From the NCBI RefSeq assembly GCF_037042905.1, contig NC_087250.1:28336001-28400000 (forward strand): a stretch of DNA of 64,000 nt. The letters are read 5' to 3'. A program made the translations under genes and the position numbers. The stretch comes from Lytechinus pictus. Its lineage: Eukaryota. Positions 13,129-23,952 of the stretch are shown here, piece by piece. Numbering within the stretch: position 1 is the first letter of the stretch; each line of letters starts with the position of its first letter. Under the pieces are notes generated by a model. That model had not been told where the DNA came from. It ran no database searches and saw only the letters and a list, made by a program, of their open reading frames with translations.

Positions 13129-16100
13129 AAAATATAAAACTTGATACTAACTATTGATGTATACGCTTTTTTTGTGTCCATCATATATTATGAACTATTT
13201 GAATTTTCAAATTATATTCAGATACAAAGGAAGGTATCTATATCATAATCATATGGAATAACTATTTCTCTCAACAATTATTTTATATGTACATGCTGAT
13301 GATGTTTCTAGAGTTAAAATGCGTTATGTCATTAATCTTTAATTGTTTTAATATACTGCCAAGTTAATGGACATTGAAACCTCAATGCACTTTTAAACTC
13401 GTCAAAAAAGTGTGCTTTATACTTATCTTTATTTGTCATCCCCAACTGTTAACCTGTTGTATACACATATAGGAGTGCATATAGAACTGCTTTCTTGTTG
13501 CCCCCCCCCCCCAATTTTGTTATCATCAAACTTTGCTTATTGTTGCTATATTGTGTTTTTTTTTTACGTAGGTGTATTATACTTAAAAATGATGTTCTGC
13601 AAAGATAGTTTATGCATTACTTTTGAGATATGTATACATATAGTTATACATCCTTTTACAATGTTGCTTCAAATTTACCGATCAATACATTTCCATTATT
13701 ATGCTACCCCTATAAATTACGTTTATGGAACCTAGGTCTGACCCTCTTGAAGATGTTGATCCTGACTTGCACGTATTTAATTCTTCTGAATCTTCATGTT
13801 TTCTACCTTCAGAGTTTAATGGGAAATTCTCAAACAATTCTACCTTAAGTCTTATCCATTTTAATGCTCGCAGTTTACCAAAGAATTTTGACAATATCTC
13901 TCAATTCCTATCCATGATTACTCATTCCTTTTCTTTTATAGCAATTTCTGAAACTTGGATAAATGATAATACTTTAATCAATTTTCACATAGATGACTTT
14001 AATTTTCTTAATGTTAACCGATTATCCGGAAGAGGTGGGGGCGTTGCACTTTTTGTGAAAAAAAATATACAGTACACTATAAGGAATGATACAGTTTTTA
14101 ACCAAGAAATCAACTCAGTCTGTGAATATTTATTTATTGATTTTCTAGATAAAAAACAAAAAATGTCTACTATTGGTGTCATATATAGAAAACCGGGATC
14201 AAATTATGATTTATTTTTTGAATTTTACGATAGTGTTATTAACAAATTATGCACTGAACATAGAAAAATTTATATAACTGGTGATTTTAATATTGACTTA
14301 TTCAAAGATGATGATACTGTTAACGAATTCCTCCGACTGAATTCTGTACTAGGTATATTCCCAATTATAAAAACTCCAACTCGTATTACACTAAACACAG
14401 CTACACTTATTGATAATATATTCACCAATGTTTTGGATTCATATTTTGACTCTGGTAGTCTATGTTCAGACATAAGTGATCATCTACCAATTTTTCTGAT
14501 CTCCAAATGTTCTAGTGCTAATTCCCATCAACCTAATACAACTCGCTTTACTCGTAAATACTCAGATGATAATATAAGACATTTTCAGTATGACCTTTAC
14601 CAGGAAAAATGGAATAGTCTTTATAATATTACAAATGTTAATGATGCATACTCGTTTTTTATAACTCGTTTTATCCATTTGTTTGATAAAAACTTTCCTT
14701 TGCTCAAATCTAAACCAACCAAAAGGATGTTCAATAAACCATGGATATCAAAGTATTTATTCAGATGCATTAAAAAGAAAAATCGTTACTATAAAAAATT
14801 TCTCCAAAATAATTCATTAGATAATGAAAGGAAATACAAAAAATATAGAAATAAATTGAATACTATGTTAAAGCATGCAAAAAAGAAATATTTTTCTAAT
14901 AAATTAAAGCAATACAAAGACAATTCAAAACAGACCTGGTCAGTTATAAACTCACTATTAAACAAACCTAAAACGTCTTTACCTGAATTCTTTTTTAGTG
15001 GGAGTGAAAAGGTTTGTGACCCAGAACACATAGCGACTGAATTTAATCAACATTTTATAAACTCCTCCAGACGGATAACCACATCTATAATTAATTCTCA
15101 TAATGACACTTCTTATAAAGATTTTCTCATTGATCATATTGACAAATCCTTTTTCTTAAATCCTATAACAGAAAATGAGGTAATTCAAATATGTAATTCA
15201 TTAAGTAGTAGCAATTCCACTGGATTTGATAATCTCAGTACTAATTTATTGAAAAAAATTATTTTCTATATTGTACAGCCATTGGTATTCATATTTAATC
15301 TTTCTCTCTCTACAGGATCGGTCCCTGATAAATTGAAAATAGCTAAGATTACTACAGTATTTAAAAAAGATGACCCTCATAAATTTGATAATTATAGGCC
15401 TATATCTATTCTACCGTCTATTTCTAAGTTGCTTGAAAAGTGTATTTATAATAGACTGTATTCATTTTGTTTAAACAATAAAATTCTCACAGATTCACAA
15501 TACGGGTTTAGAAAAAATCACTCTACTGCACACGCTTTGATAGAATTACAAGATAAAGTTTTGACATCCATTCATACTAATAAATTTTGCATAGGAATTT
15601 TCATGGACCTTTCTAAAGCTTTTGACGTTGTCGATCACAAAATACTTCTTTTTAAATTAGAACACTATGGGGTTAGGGGCTTGCCACTTTCTTGGTTCAA
15701 AAGTTATCTTTCTGATAGATCCCAATATGTTGTTTTTAATAATAGCTCATCAGACTTTTCCAGTATCACCCATGGTGTACCGCAAGGTTCTATTCTCGGC
15801 CCGCTATTGTTTTTAATTTACATTAACGATCTCATATATTCCTCAAATAAATTTGAATATATTATGTATGCCGATGATACTACTTTAATATACAACCAAC
15901 CTTATAATCTTAATATACAAAATGATATCAATGTTGAATTAGATAAAGTTACAAAATGGTTCAAATCAAACAGGTTGTTAATAAATCCTAGTAAAACTAA
16001 TTATATTACTTTTTTCCATAGGCAGTCTTGCATTTCTAATTTACTTAATGATTTATTGCTCGAAATAGACAAAGTTCCAATTAAAAATGTAAATAGTGTT

Positions 16101-16980
16101 AATTTTCTAGGTGTTTATATAGACTATAATATGCAATGGGACACTCATGTTCAAAAAGTCACCCAAAAAGTATCTAAATGTGTTGGTATTCTATATAGGT
16201 TAAAAGACTCCCTTCCAACTTCTGCATTATTGCTATTATACAATTCTTTCATGTTGTCATATCTTAATTATTGTGTTGTTGTTTGGGGCAATTGCAGTCG
16301 CACGAAATTAGAAAAATTATTTAAATTGCAGAAAAAAGCCCTTCGTATATGTATGGGATGTCATTATCAAGCCCATTCTGCCCCACTCTTTCGGAAAATA
16401 AAGTCTCTTAATATTTATGATTTGTATTATTTTTCTATTGCATTAATTGGTTTCTTTTATTTCCAGAATAAACTACCTCTTAATATCCATAAAATGTTTA
16501 CCCTTAATCACCGGATACATAATCACAATACTCGTTTTAAAGATTCATTTCACCTATGGCCAGTTAAAACAAATAACGTAATGAAATGTGTAAGACATAA
16601 TTTCCCTGTAATTTGGAACTCCACCCCTAGAGATGTAATTGAAAGCAAGTCTGTTAGGTCATTCAAAAAAAGATTGAAGCAGTTCCTATATCTTAAATAT
16701 GTATAGTTATTTTTGTCTTGTAGATTGACACCTTTTTATTGTTTGTTTTTCTTGTTTATACATCATGTTTAATTCTTTATCTTATTGTTTCTCTATACCA
16801 TGTCATGTTATTAATGTTTTGGGAACTGCGCTTACACAAGGCCACTTGGCTTTATTTATGCAGTTCCCCATTTCATTTTCATTTTTACTCTTGCTTGTAA
16901 ATATATTGTTTCTCATACCTTGCTTTATAATTGTTTTTATCGAGAATGAAATAAATGCAAATTGAATTGAATTGAAAAAA
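13129..16980 (+). mobile_element. CR1/L2-group LINE (young copy, no ORF1 present)
   Basis: TSD AGATAT at 13123-13128 and 16981-16986. Intact ORF2, 3' UTR hairpin GGGAACTGC..GCAGTTCCC (16821-16868), (ATTGA)n tail. Confidence 0.9.
13725..16706 (+). CDS. LINE ORF2: APE endonuclease + reverse transcriptase (993 aa)
   Basis: APE motifs HFNARS, ISETW, GDFN, IDNIF, SDHLP. RT motifs NYRPISIL, QYGFR, DLSKAFD, GVPQGSILGP, YADDT, FLGV. No stops. Confidence 0.95.
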   Translation: MEPRSDPLEDVDPDLHVFNSSESSCFLPSEFNGKFSNNSTLSLIHFNARSLPKNFDNISQFLSMITHSFSFIAISETWINDNTLINFHIDDFNFLNVNRLSGRGGGVALFVKKNIQYTIRNDTVFNQEINSVCEYLFIDFLDKKQKMSTIGVIYRKPGSNYDLFFEFYDSVINKLCTEHRKIYITGDFNIDLFKDDDTVNEFLRLNSVLGIFPIIKTPTRITLNTATLIDNIFTNVLDSYFDSGSLCSDISDHLPIFLISKCSSANSHQPNTTRFTRKYSDDNIRHFQYDLYQEKWNSLYNITNVNDAYSFFITRFIHLFDKNFPLLKSKPTKRMFNKPWISKYLFRCIKKKNRYYKKFLQNNSLDNERKYKKYRNKLNTMLKHAKKKYFSNKLKQYKDNSKQTWSVINSLLNKPKTSLPEFFFSGSEKVCDPEHIATEFNQHFINSSRRITTSIINSHNDTSYKDFLIDHIDKSFFLNPITENEVIQICNSLSSSNSTGFDNLSTNLLKKIIFYIVQPLVFIFNLSLSTGSVPDKLKIAKITTVFKKDDPHKFDNYRPISILPSISKLLEKCIYNRLYSFCLNNKILTDSQYGFRKNHSTAHALIELQDKVLTSIHTNKFCIGIFMDLSKAFDVVDHKILLFKLEHYGVRGLPLSWFKSYLSDRSQYVVFNNSSSDFSSITHGVPQGSILGPLLFLIYINDLIYSSNKFEYIMYADDTTLIYNQPYNLNIQNDINVELDKVTKWFKSNRLLINPSKTNYITFFHRQSCISNLLNDLLLEIDKVPIKNVNSVNFLGVYIDYNMQWDTHVQKVTQKVSKCVGILYRLKDSLPTSALLLLYNSFMLSYLNYCVVVWGNCSRTKLEKLFKLQKKALRICMGCHYQAHSAPLFRKIKSLNIYDLYYFSIALIGFFYFQNKLPLNIHKMFTLNHRIHNHNTRFKDSFHLWPVKTNNVMKCVRHNFPVIWNSTPRDVIESKSVRSFKKRLKQFLYLKYV

Positions 16981-17133
16981 AGATATGCTTTTGTGTGTTA
17001 GTGATCATCAGAATTATCGATTTTAAGCTAAGATTGCATGATTTTACAAAGATAAGTCTACATTAAGATGATCTTTGAAGGTTTGCATGGTGGAGAGAAT
17101 ATTGAAAGGTTTTACGGTAAACACCATGTATGT

Positions 17134-17193
17134 AGTCCTGAAAAGGACTGTTTGTTACTCTTTCTTGAATATATGTTAGCTCTGAAAAGAACT
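17134..17193 (-). promoter_or_regulatory. Inverted copy of the histone-like stem-loop/HDE/stem-loop cassette
   Basis: agtcctgaaaaggact 17134-49, tctttcttg 17159-67, agctctgaaaagaact 17178-93. Confidence 0.75.
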
Positions 17194-17212
17194 GTTATCT
17201 ATAACAGATAAC

Positions 17213-17272
17213 AGTTCTTTTCAGAGCTAACATATATTCAAGAAAGAATAAAAAACAGTCCTTTTCAGGACT
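17213..17272 (+). promoter_or_regulatory. Histone-mRNA-like stem-loop + CAAGAAAGA downstream element + second stem-loop
   Basis: AGTTCT-TTTC-AGAGCT (17213-28), AACA + 6 nt, CAAGAAAGA (17239-47), AAAC, AGTCCT-TTTC-AGGACT (17257-72), ACA. Confidence 0.75.
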
Positions 17273-18086
17273 ACATACATGGTGTTTACCGTAAAACCTT
17301 TCAAAAGTCTACATTAATGTACCAGATATAAATGCATGGTAATATTTTGAAAATTAACTGTGATAAAAAAAAAATTCTCATGAAATAATTGTTTGCTGCA
17401 ACTACTGTCTTTTACCTTAACGGAGTGACTTCGTCTGCACCAAATTCATTTAAAAAATTCTACGTATTTCGGACAGAAATACATTTAAATTCTTCGCTCA
17501 TTTCGATCGTGAGTAAATTTTAACTAAACGTCCATCACATCCACAACATAGTGCTCTAAAATTACAAAGTTGATCATGTTAGATGAGGGGCGGGACTCTG
17601 ATTTTTTTTTCATATGGATTATGACTCTTTAAATGCAATTAACAATAGTAATAAGATCCTAATTTCCACATCAGTGCCTAATAGGATGGAAAAAAAAGGG
17701 GGGGGGGGGGGAAGATGAAGAAGAAAAGAAAAAAATGAAGAAGAAGAGGGGGACGAGGAGGAGGAGGAAGAAGAATTTGTATTTAAAACTGATCTCAGTG
17801 TCTTAATGGAGTATTTAAAAAAGTGGTGGTGTAAATTATCACTGTGTTGTGTTTGATCCGTGATTTATATTTTCTTTTCTTGGGGGACACATCCGCCCCT
17901 TGACCCCCCCCCCCTTGAGGGTCATAGTCAATATTTTCAATTTAAATATGCATTTCACTTAAAAATGTGCCCCCCACCCTTGTGAGAGTAACAGCAAGCA
18001 TTTATGATAGGAATATGGCGAACATACACATATGATGACCCCCCCTTTTTTTGGCTAGGCAAATCTTTCTAAGGACGATATCCCAT

Positions 18087-18270
18087 GGAGGTGCCGTGGC
18101 CGAGTGGTCTAAGGTGCCTGACTATACATATAAAATCCGGGGTTTGATCCCCGGCCGCGGCACCTATCCCCGTGAGCAAAAGTATTTAATGTATTATGAT
18201 CTTTTATCCTGTTTTCAAATAAATGTAAAATGATATATGCATTATTGGTAACTTGGTGTGCACTTGTTAA
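18087..18270 (+). mobile_element. tRNA-derived SINE
   Basis: A box GTGGCCGAGTGG and B-box-like GGTTTGATCCC, followed by a non-tRNA body. The 3' end is approximate. Confidence 0.6.
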
Positions 18271-19629
18271 CCCCCCCCCCCCCCATTTTGGAAAATCCTA
18301 GATCCGCCCCTGATTTTGACCATCCTGTAGATAAAATACTGAAATACCACGCGATGCCTAGTTGACTGAGTACACGTTTATAATTATGTTTATCAATCAC
18401 TTGAGATCTATGAGACATACTTGAGAGTCGCCAAGAATGACCTTCATTGTATACGCTACGATGACATCATTTTATTAACATCAGTTTATCATCATCTGAA
18501 CATCGAGTCGTATCTCATTGATATATTTCATGATAAGGGAATCTGCGCAGTATGACATTAATTGATATGCCCACATAATATTATTCATACACAGCGTGGA
18601 GCCCCATAAAAGTAAATGAATACAAGATAAAAAGGAGTACAAATATTCAATATAGATAAAATAGAAATAGAAAATGAATAAAATAAAAATATAAATAAAA
18701 GAGCAAAATAGTTTAGCAAAAATTCTTAGATAAGAAAGTAATGAATAAATCAATAATGAATAGCTAACTTTAATTTATGAAATAACAGCGACAATGTTAT
18801 TGACGTTCAATCGTTTTGTTGCATAGTATTTTCATAAAAATTTTAGCAGGCAGATAAAAAAACACCCCCCAAAGGAAAGTGTATCCTAAAAGATATCAGT
18901 TTTTCTAAGAAAAAGTGGGAAACTTCTTGCCCCTTTATCATTATTTGTACCCTATATGTTTTTAGACTGTATATATAAAAAAATCATATTAATCTATAAT
19001 CATGATAATGGTCGGAGGAGTGTTATCGCCAATTGACCCTTCCAATATATCCATTCAGGAGAAGAGATAGCTTTCCAATAATACGATTATTATTTCCAAT
19101 CAATAAAGTTTGTTTCATAAAGGAGAGTGGATTCCATTAGTGAGTTAGAGTGGGCCAAGGCCTCATTCACAGATGACTACATAATCAGAATGAAAATTAC
19201 ATTATTCGTTTTGATATTGTATTATTATTATTTCATATAGAGCGGAAATGATATTGTTGTTCGATAATAATTGCATTTATGGGGCGCCATACACTCCATC
19301 AAGGAGATGAGAATACAAAATATTGAAATGTATAAGTATTCTGTAATCAGTAAGATAATTTGACTTTACTGGTAGCCAAAAATATATTCATTACCGTCTA
19401 GACTTTGAAATAAGACAATGATTCATTCATAAGTACATCTGCTCGCACGATGTACATGTAAGTCACAAATGTGAGTTTAGCAGCTTTTTGTGCGACCCTT
19501 TGATACTTTTTAATCACGCAATAACAGTAATAATACGCCCCTCTTAAACCCTATTCGGGCTTTCCATCTCGCCTTATTTTGAATTATCTCGAATTATTCA
19601 CGCTGACTTGAATGATGATAATTGTTTTA

Positions 19630-20015
19630 GGGAGGCAGCGTAGCTCAGTCGGTTAGAGCGCATGTTTGGGATAAGATCGTAGATCTCAACGTGAGGGGTT
19701 CGAGTCCCGCTCATGCCGAAACGCGTCTAACAAAAAAGTCTGATGCTATAGCGTTGTGTGTTAGCGTGCCTCACCACTGTATTCAGTGCAGGTGTGAATA
19801 CAGTTGGAAAAACACTCCGTCCATCGGAAAGGACGCAAATGTTGGTCCCGTGTATAGGAGAGGTACAACCTATGCACGTTAAAACCAATACACTATTCGT
19901 CAAAAAGTATGGTGTTAGCCCGTGTGTTGCACCTGCCGGTCCCGGCAAAATCCAGGTCAAGTACCCGATGCGTTTATGCCCAGGATGGCCCTGCATCGTA
20001 TACATCCAGATCCAG
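19630..20015 (+). mobile_element. tRNA-derived SINE with Meta-like core
   Basis: A box TAGCTCAGTCGG, B box GGTTCGAGTCC. Core ..GGACGCAAATGTTGGTCCCGTGT..GCACGTTAAAA.. and (ATCCAG)n tail. Confidence 0.7.
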
Positions 20016-22044
20016 TTCTGAAGTTTATAATGTTGATTACTCAAGAACGAAATGATTTCCATCATAATTTCTGAAATAAAAAGTAAACGTCATGTTATTT
20101 TTCATGGAGTGATTGCAAAGTATTATCCGCAAAAAAATACAAGCATTCATACACATACGCACACACACCCTCACAATTAGATATTTAAAATACATACAAT
20201 ATCGTAAAATCATCTTTCAAAGTTAATGTTAAATTTATTTGTTAAATGAATATTTGGGCATGTCGGATAAAACCCTTTACTGAAACATGTGAACTAGTGC
20301 ATCTCTCATTATTTACGTCATGTCGCATCGTGTAGTACCATCACGTGTAAAGCCTACAGAAATCCTTCCACTCCAGTCTTCAATCGATAAGAAAAACATT
20401 ACCACGTTTTTCATAAGAAAATCAAGACAAGATTTTCCCGGGCAAACTCGTTCGCGTGAGCGCGCAGACTATATTGCAAACCGGAAATTAACCTAGCATC
20501 CGTTTTCACGCTTACGCGCGCATTGCACTCTCCGCCTATTCGCTGCTGTCGTACCTTTCTAGTTGTTATCCACATGTACTTTCCACTTTACAGGAGCAGC
20601 GAAGAGACAGGTGCTGTTAACTGACGAGCCTTTCGCGTTTCTAATTTCCGGTACTTTTCCCGCGCTTTTGGCGTATTTATGCGTGATTGTGTCTTTATTA
20701 GACCCATATATTTGAACGCCCTAGGATAACAAAAATAAGTCTGAAACTATAGAAATTAGGTTATCAATATATATGAAACAATAAACGCGTAGTGGGCTCC
20801 AAAATTTTTGTCTAGTTGCTCAATTTGTCCTATTGAAAAAAGAAAAAGAAAATCGCATGCAGGACAGGGAATATATTGTAAAAATATGAAACAAAACTAT
20901 TTCATAACTCGCAACCAGTGGAGTAATAAGGACACCATTTAAAGTGCCACAGCAAAGCGTCTTTGGTGAAATTCTTATTAAAGTGCCGAACGATAGAAGC
21001 GAGCGAGCAAATAATTTTGACCCTCTAAATATGAAAAATCTCATTTTGTTATTTTGACGTAATATTCAGACAGTAACATCACCCCTTTTTTCACTTTGTC
21101 GTTTTAATTTCCTTTCTCCTTTTTTGTTGTCGTATACTTTTTTGTGCTCACAATCGTAGTTTTCTTCTTTCTCCCACATTTTTCGGTTATCCACGATACA
21201 ACGAATTCTATAAGAGAGTCCATTCCATAGCAACCTAATTCTAGTCACGTGAAGCAAAGACTGTCAGTTTCAGTTGGTTGAATCGAAATGATCTAAAAAA
21301 AACATCAAATATTCATGAGAAGAGAATCAATTTCATATCAAGTGTCTGAGCAATATATAAGCCTTTTCAATAAATATTAATGTCTCCCTAACGTACCAAA
21401 TATTTCCCCTATCAGCCATTACTCATCCAGGCGTCTTCCTGGACACTGAGACGTGATGTCAGAGGAATAATCGTTTTCTTAATCGTCCAAAATACGTGTC
21501 AAATAATCTAATTCATTTGCGAATTTGATGAATATGATGAACTTTCAATGGTAGTTTGAGTCAATGGTCATAAAGGAAATCAAGGGCTGTGATGATTTTA
21601 ATAATATTTTTAGCAGAGGTTTTTGCACTTACTGCGGCAATCAAAGGATAAGTATTATTTGATTATGATTCTCGGAAAGTCTTAGAAATGAAACGTTGAA
21701 TATTTTAAATGGACTGGATAAGTGACATTTACTTCCACACTCTTATTTTAGCAGGAAACACTCTCGCGTGGAGCGTTTTTCACAAGTGGATTATCTCGGG
21801 ACCTACCAACGGGGTTTGTGGGTTCAAATCACTGCTATGGAGTTATTTTCTTCTCCAGGAATTAAATCCATAATCTGCTTTACTCAACACAATAAACGTC
21901 CGAACACATTTACGTTTCTACATGCCAAGTCTAAAACATACACATTGATATCGTATGAAGAGCTAATTAAGGTGGGTTATAGCTTTTTCTTTCCCTTGGA
22001 CATTTGTAGAAACAAAGTCAGGCATTGAAAATTAGCTACGCCAT

Positions 22045-22257
22045 CCCAGCCATGGCGTAGTTTCCTTCAGCAAGAAATTAATCCACACTGTGCTGCACTC
22101 AACCCAGGTGAGGTGAATGCGTATCTGGCAGGAATGTATTCCTTGAAATGCCGAGCGCGTGAAAGCTGCTTGAGCTACTGCCAGGGTAAAAATATCCAAG
22201 TCATTTTGAAGCGCATAGAGACGCTATGCGCTATACAAGAACTGACTATTATTATTT
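22045..22257 (+). mobile_element. 5'-truncated Deu/Nin-core-like SINE with L2-type tail
   Basis: Core ..CTGCACTCAACCCAGGTGAGGTGAATG.. shared with the SINEs at 37372 and 41488. Tail AAGCGCATAGAGAC..TATGCGCTATA..(TAT)n. Confidence 0.7.
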
Positions 22258-22699
22258 CACCAAATAGACATGATATGGTTGACCTCCTACAAGGTTTCTG
22301 CATTTTTGCCCAATACTTCTTCACTTTTAATTCATTTTGTATACATTGCCACACAATACTCGTTGGTTCTTATGTATAATAAGACTGATGACAGTGGCGG
22401 ATCCAGGGGGGTGGCGCAGGGGGCGCGCGCCCCCCCCCCCCTAATATTTGAGCGGCGCCGAAGGCGCCGCTCAAAAAAAAACAAAAGAAAAGTAAAAGAA
22501 AGAAAAGGCGCTGCTTGAAAAAATAAAAATAAAGGAAAGAACAGAAAAGAAAAGGCGCCGCTTAAAAAATAATATACACTGATATAATAATTATTAGCAA
22601 CAGTAAGGAAAGACTATCCCCCAGCAAAGCACAATCATAACATTTTCCTTATCTTTTATTTTAACTACCCTTTTCCCAACAACTTCGCCGGTTAAAAAT

Positions 22700-23295
22700 A
22701 TAAATCAGCAGTGCGCTGCCTGCATATATCTGGCGCCAATCAAGAATAATCGGCGCCACCTTAATCTAAATCGGCGCCGGACAAGAATAATCAGCGCCAT
22801 TTGGTTATAAATCGGCGCCGGTACAGAAAAATCGACGCTGCCTGAGTTCTTAACCGGCGCCGATCAAGGATAATCAGCGCCACCTAAATCTAAATCGGGG
22901 CCGCGGACAAGAATAATCAGCGCCGTCTGGTTATAAATCGGCGCTGCCAGAGTCTTAACCGGCGCCGATCATGAATTATCAGCTCCACCTAAATCTAAAT
23001 CGGCGCCGGACAAGAATAATCAGCACCACCTGGTTAAAAATCGGCGCCAGTCAAGAATAATCGGCGCCTCCTGGTTCTAAATCGGCGCCAGTCAATTATG
23101 AATTGCCGCTGCCTGAATCTTACGTGACGTCGGTAAAAATAATCAGCACTACTTGTTCTAAATCGGCGCCGGTCAAGAATAATCAGCGTCCCCTGGTTCC
23201 AATAAATAGGCGCCGGTAGAATAATGAAAAAGGGCCTATTGCCAACCAAATCTAGATCGGCGCCGGTCAAGAATGATCAGCGGCACCTAGCTGGT
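22700..23295. repeat. GGCGCC-rich minisatellite (~20-bp monomer, ~40-bp dimer)
   Basis: Repeated aaatcggcgccggtcaagaat / aatcagcgccacctggttat units. Confidence 0.9.
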
Positions 23296-23952
23296 TATAC
23301 ATTTTATTGTTAAATGGTCATAACAAAGCTTATCGCATGCCCTTACAGAGTGGACTGGGGCGGGGCAGTTGCCCACAGAATGACAGATGTCATGAAATCT
23401 TTAATTTATTTTAAAAATCCCAGAATCATACAAAAGCGTAGAGCAAATCCTTTAATTTTGATCTTATTTTACAATGCTTTAATAAAAAGAAGGTCAGTCA
23501 CTTTTCTTCTTTACACATTCCACATTGTGCCACCTCTATGGCCTTTAGTTTAAGACAGCTTCTATATAGTGTTTTATGAAGATGATTCGATATTTTAGCC
23601 CAAAACTTTGCTAAAACCCGTTGCTAGTACCGGGAGTGTATAGTTACGCAACCAGTCGTATAATGAGATTGAGCTACACAACTCGTTCTTTATTTAAAAT
23701 CGTGCTTAAATTATCCGCTTCTCAGATTGGAATATAAAAATTTTCAGCTCGCGCTTCGCGCTCGCATCATTTCTGTAGCAAAACCCCATACTTTTCATGA
23801 TTAAATAGGTGAATAGAATGTCCCTTTTTCAGGACTAAACGTCAAAAGAACTCCCGCTTCGATTTGCAATAATCTTTTGCTGGATATAATCTTGTTCTTA
23901 ATTACAAATTGACCAGATCAATGACTACCGAAATCGACATCGCCAACGCCAC

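Larger units (their letters stand above)
17067..17304. mobile_element. Short foldback retro-insertion, probably inverted Penelope-like pseudo-LTRs, carrying histone-type 3' signals
   Basis: 13-bp TSD AAGTCTACATTAA (17054-17066 and 17305-17317); the site is single in the empty copy at 49173-49185. Arms 17102-17200 and 17206-17304 are near-perfect inverted repeats. The left arm extends to a minus-strand ccaccATG (17088). Confidence 0.75.
12915..17416. mobile_element. Kolobok-like non-autonomous DNA transposon split by two retro-insertions
   Basis: Segments 12915-13128, 16981-17066 and 17305-17416 rejoin to match the uninterrupted copy at 48881-49284. AG..CT-type termini with TTAA-like flanks. 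Confidence 0.75.

Noticed and set aside
13682..15031. Short antisense ORFs within the LINE ORFs (also 24076-27007)
   Set aside because: Shadow frames of LINE coding sequence with no independent evidence.
17067..17304. Histone gene or histone pseudogene
   Set aside because: No histone coding sequence is adjacent. The signals are doubled, inverted and bounded by a TSD. Kept as a mobile-element finding instead.
19634..19706. Functional tRNA gene (also 18087-18165, 41690-41759, 42135-42208)
   Set aside because: A/B boxes are present, but acceptor or anticodon arms pair poorly and each continues into a SINE body.
23034..23270. 78-aa ORF in the GGCGCC array
   Set aside because: A by-product of the minisatellite; unit lengths do not preserve frame.
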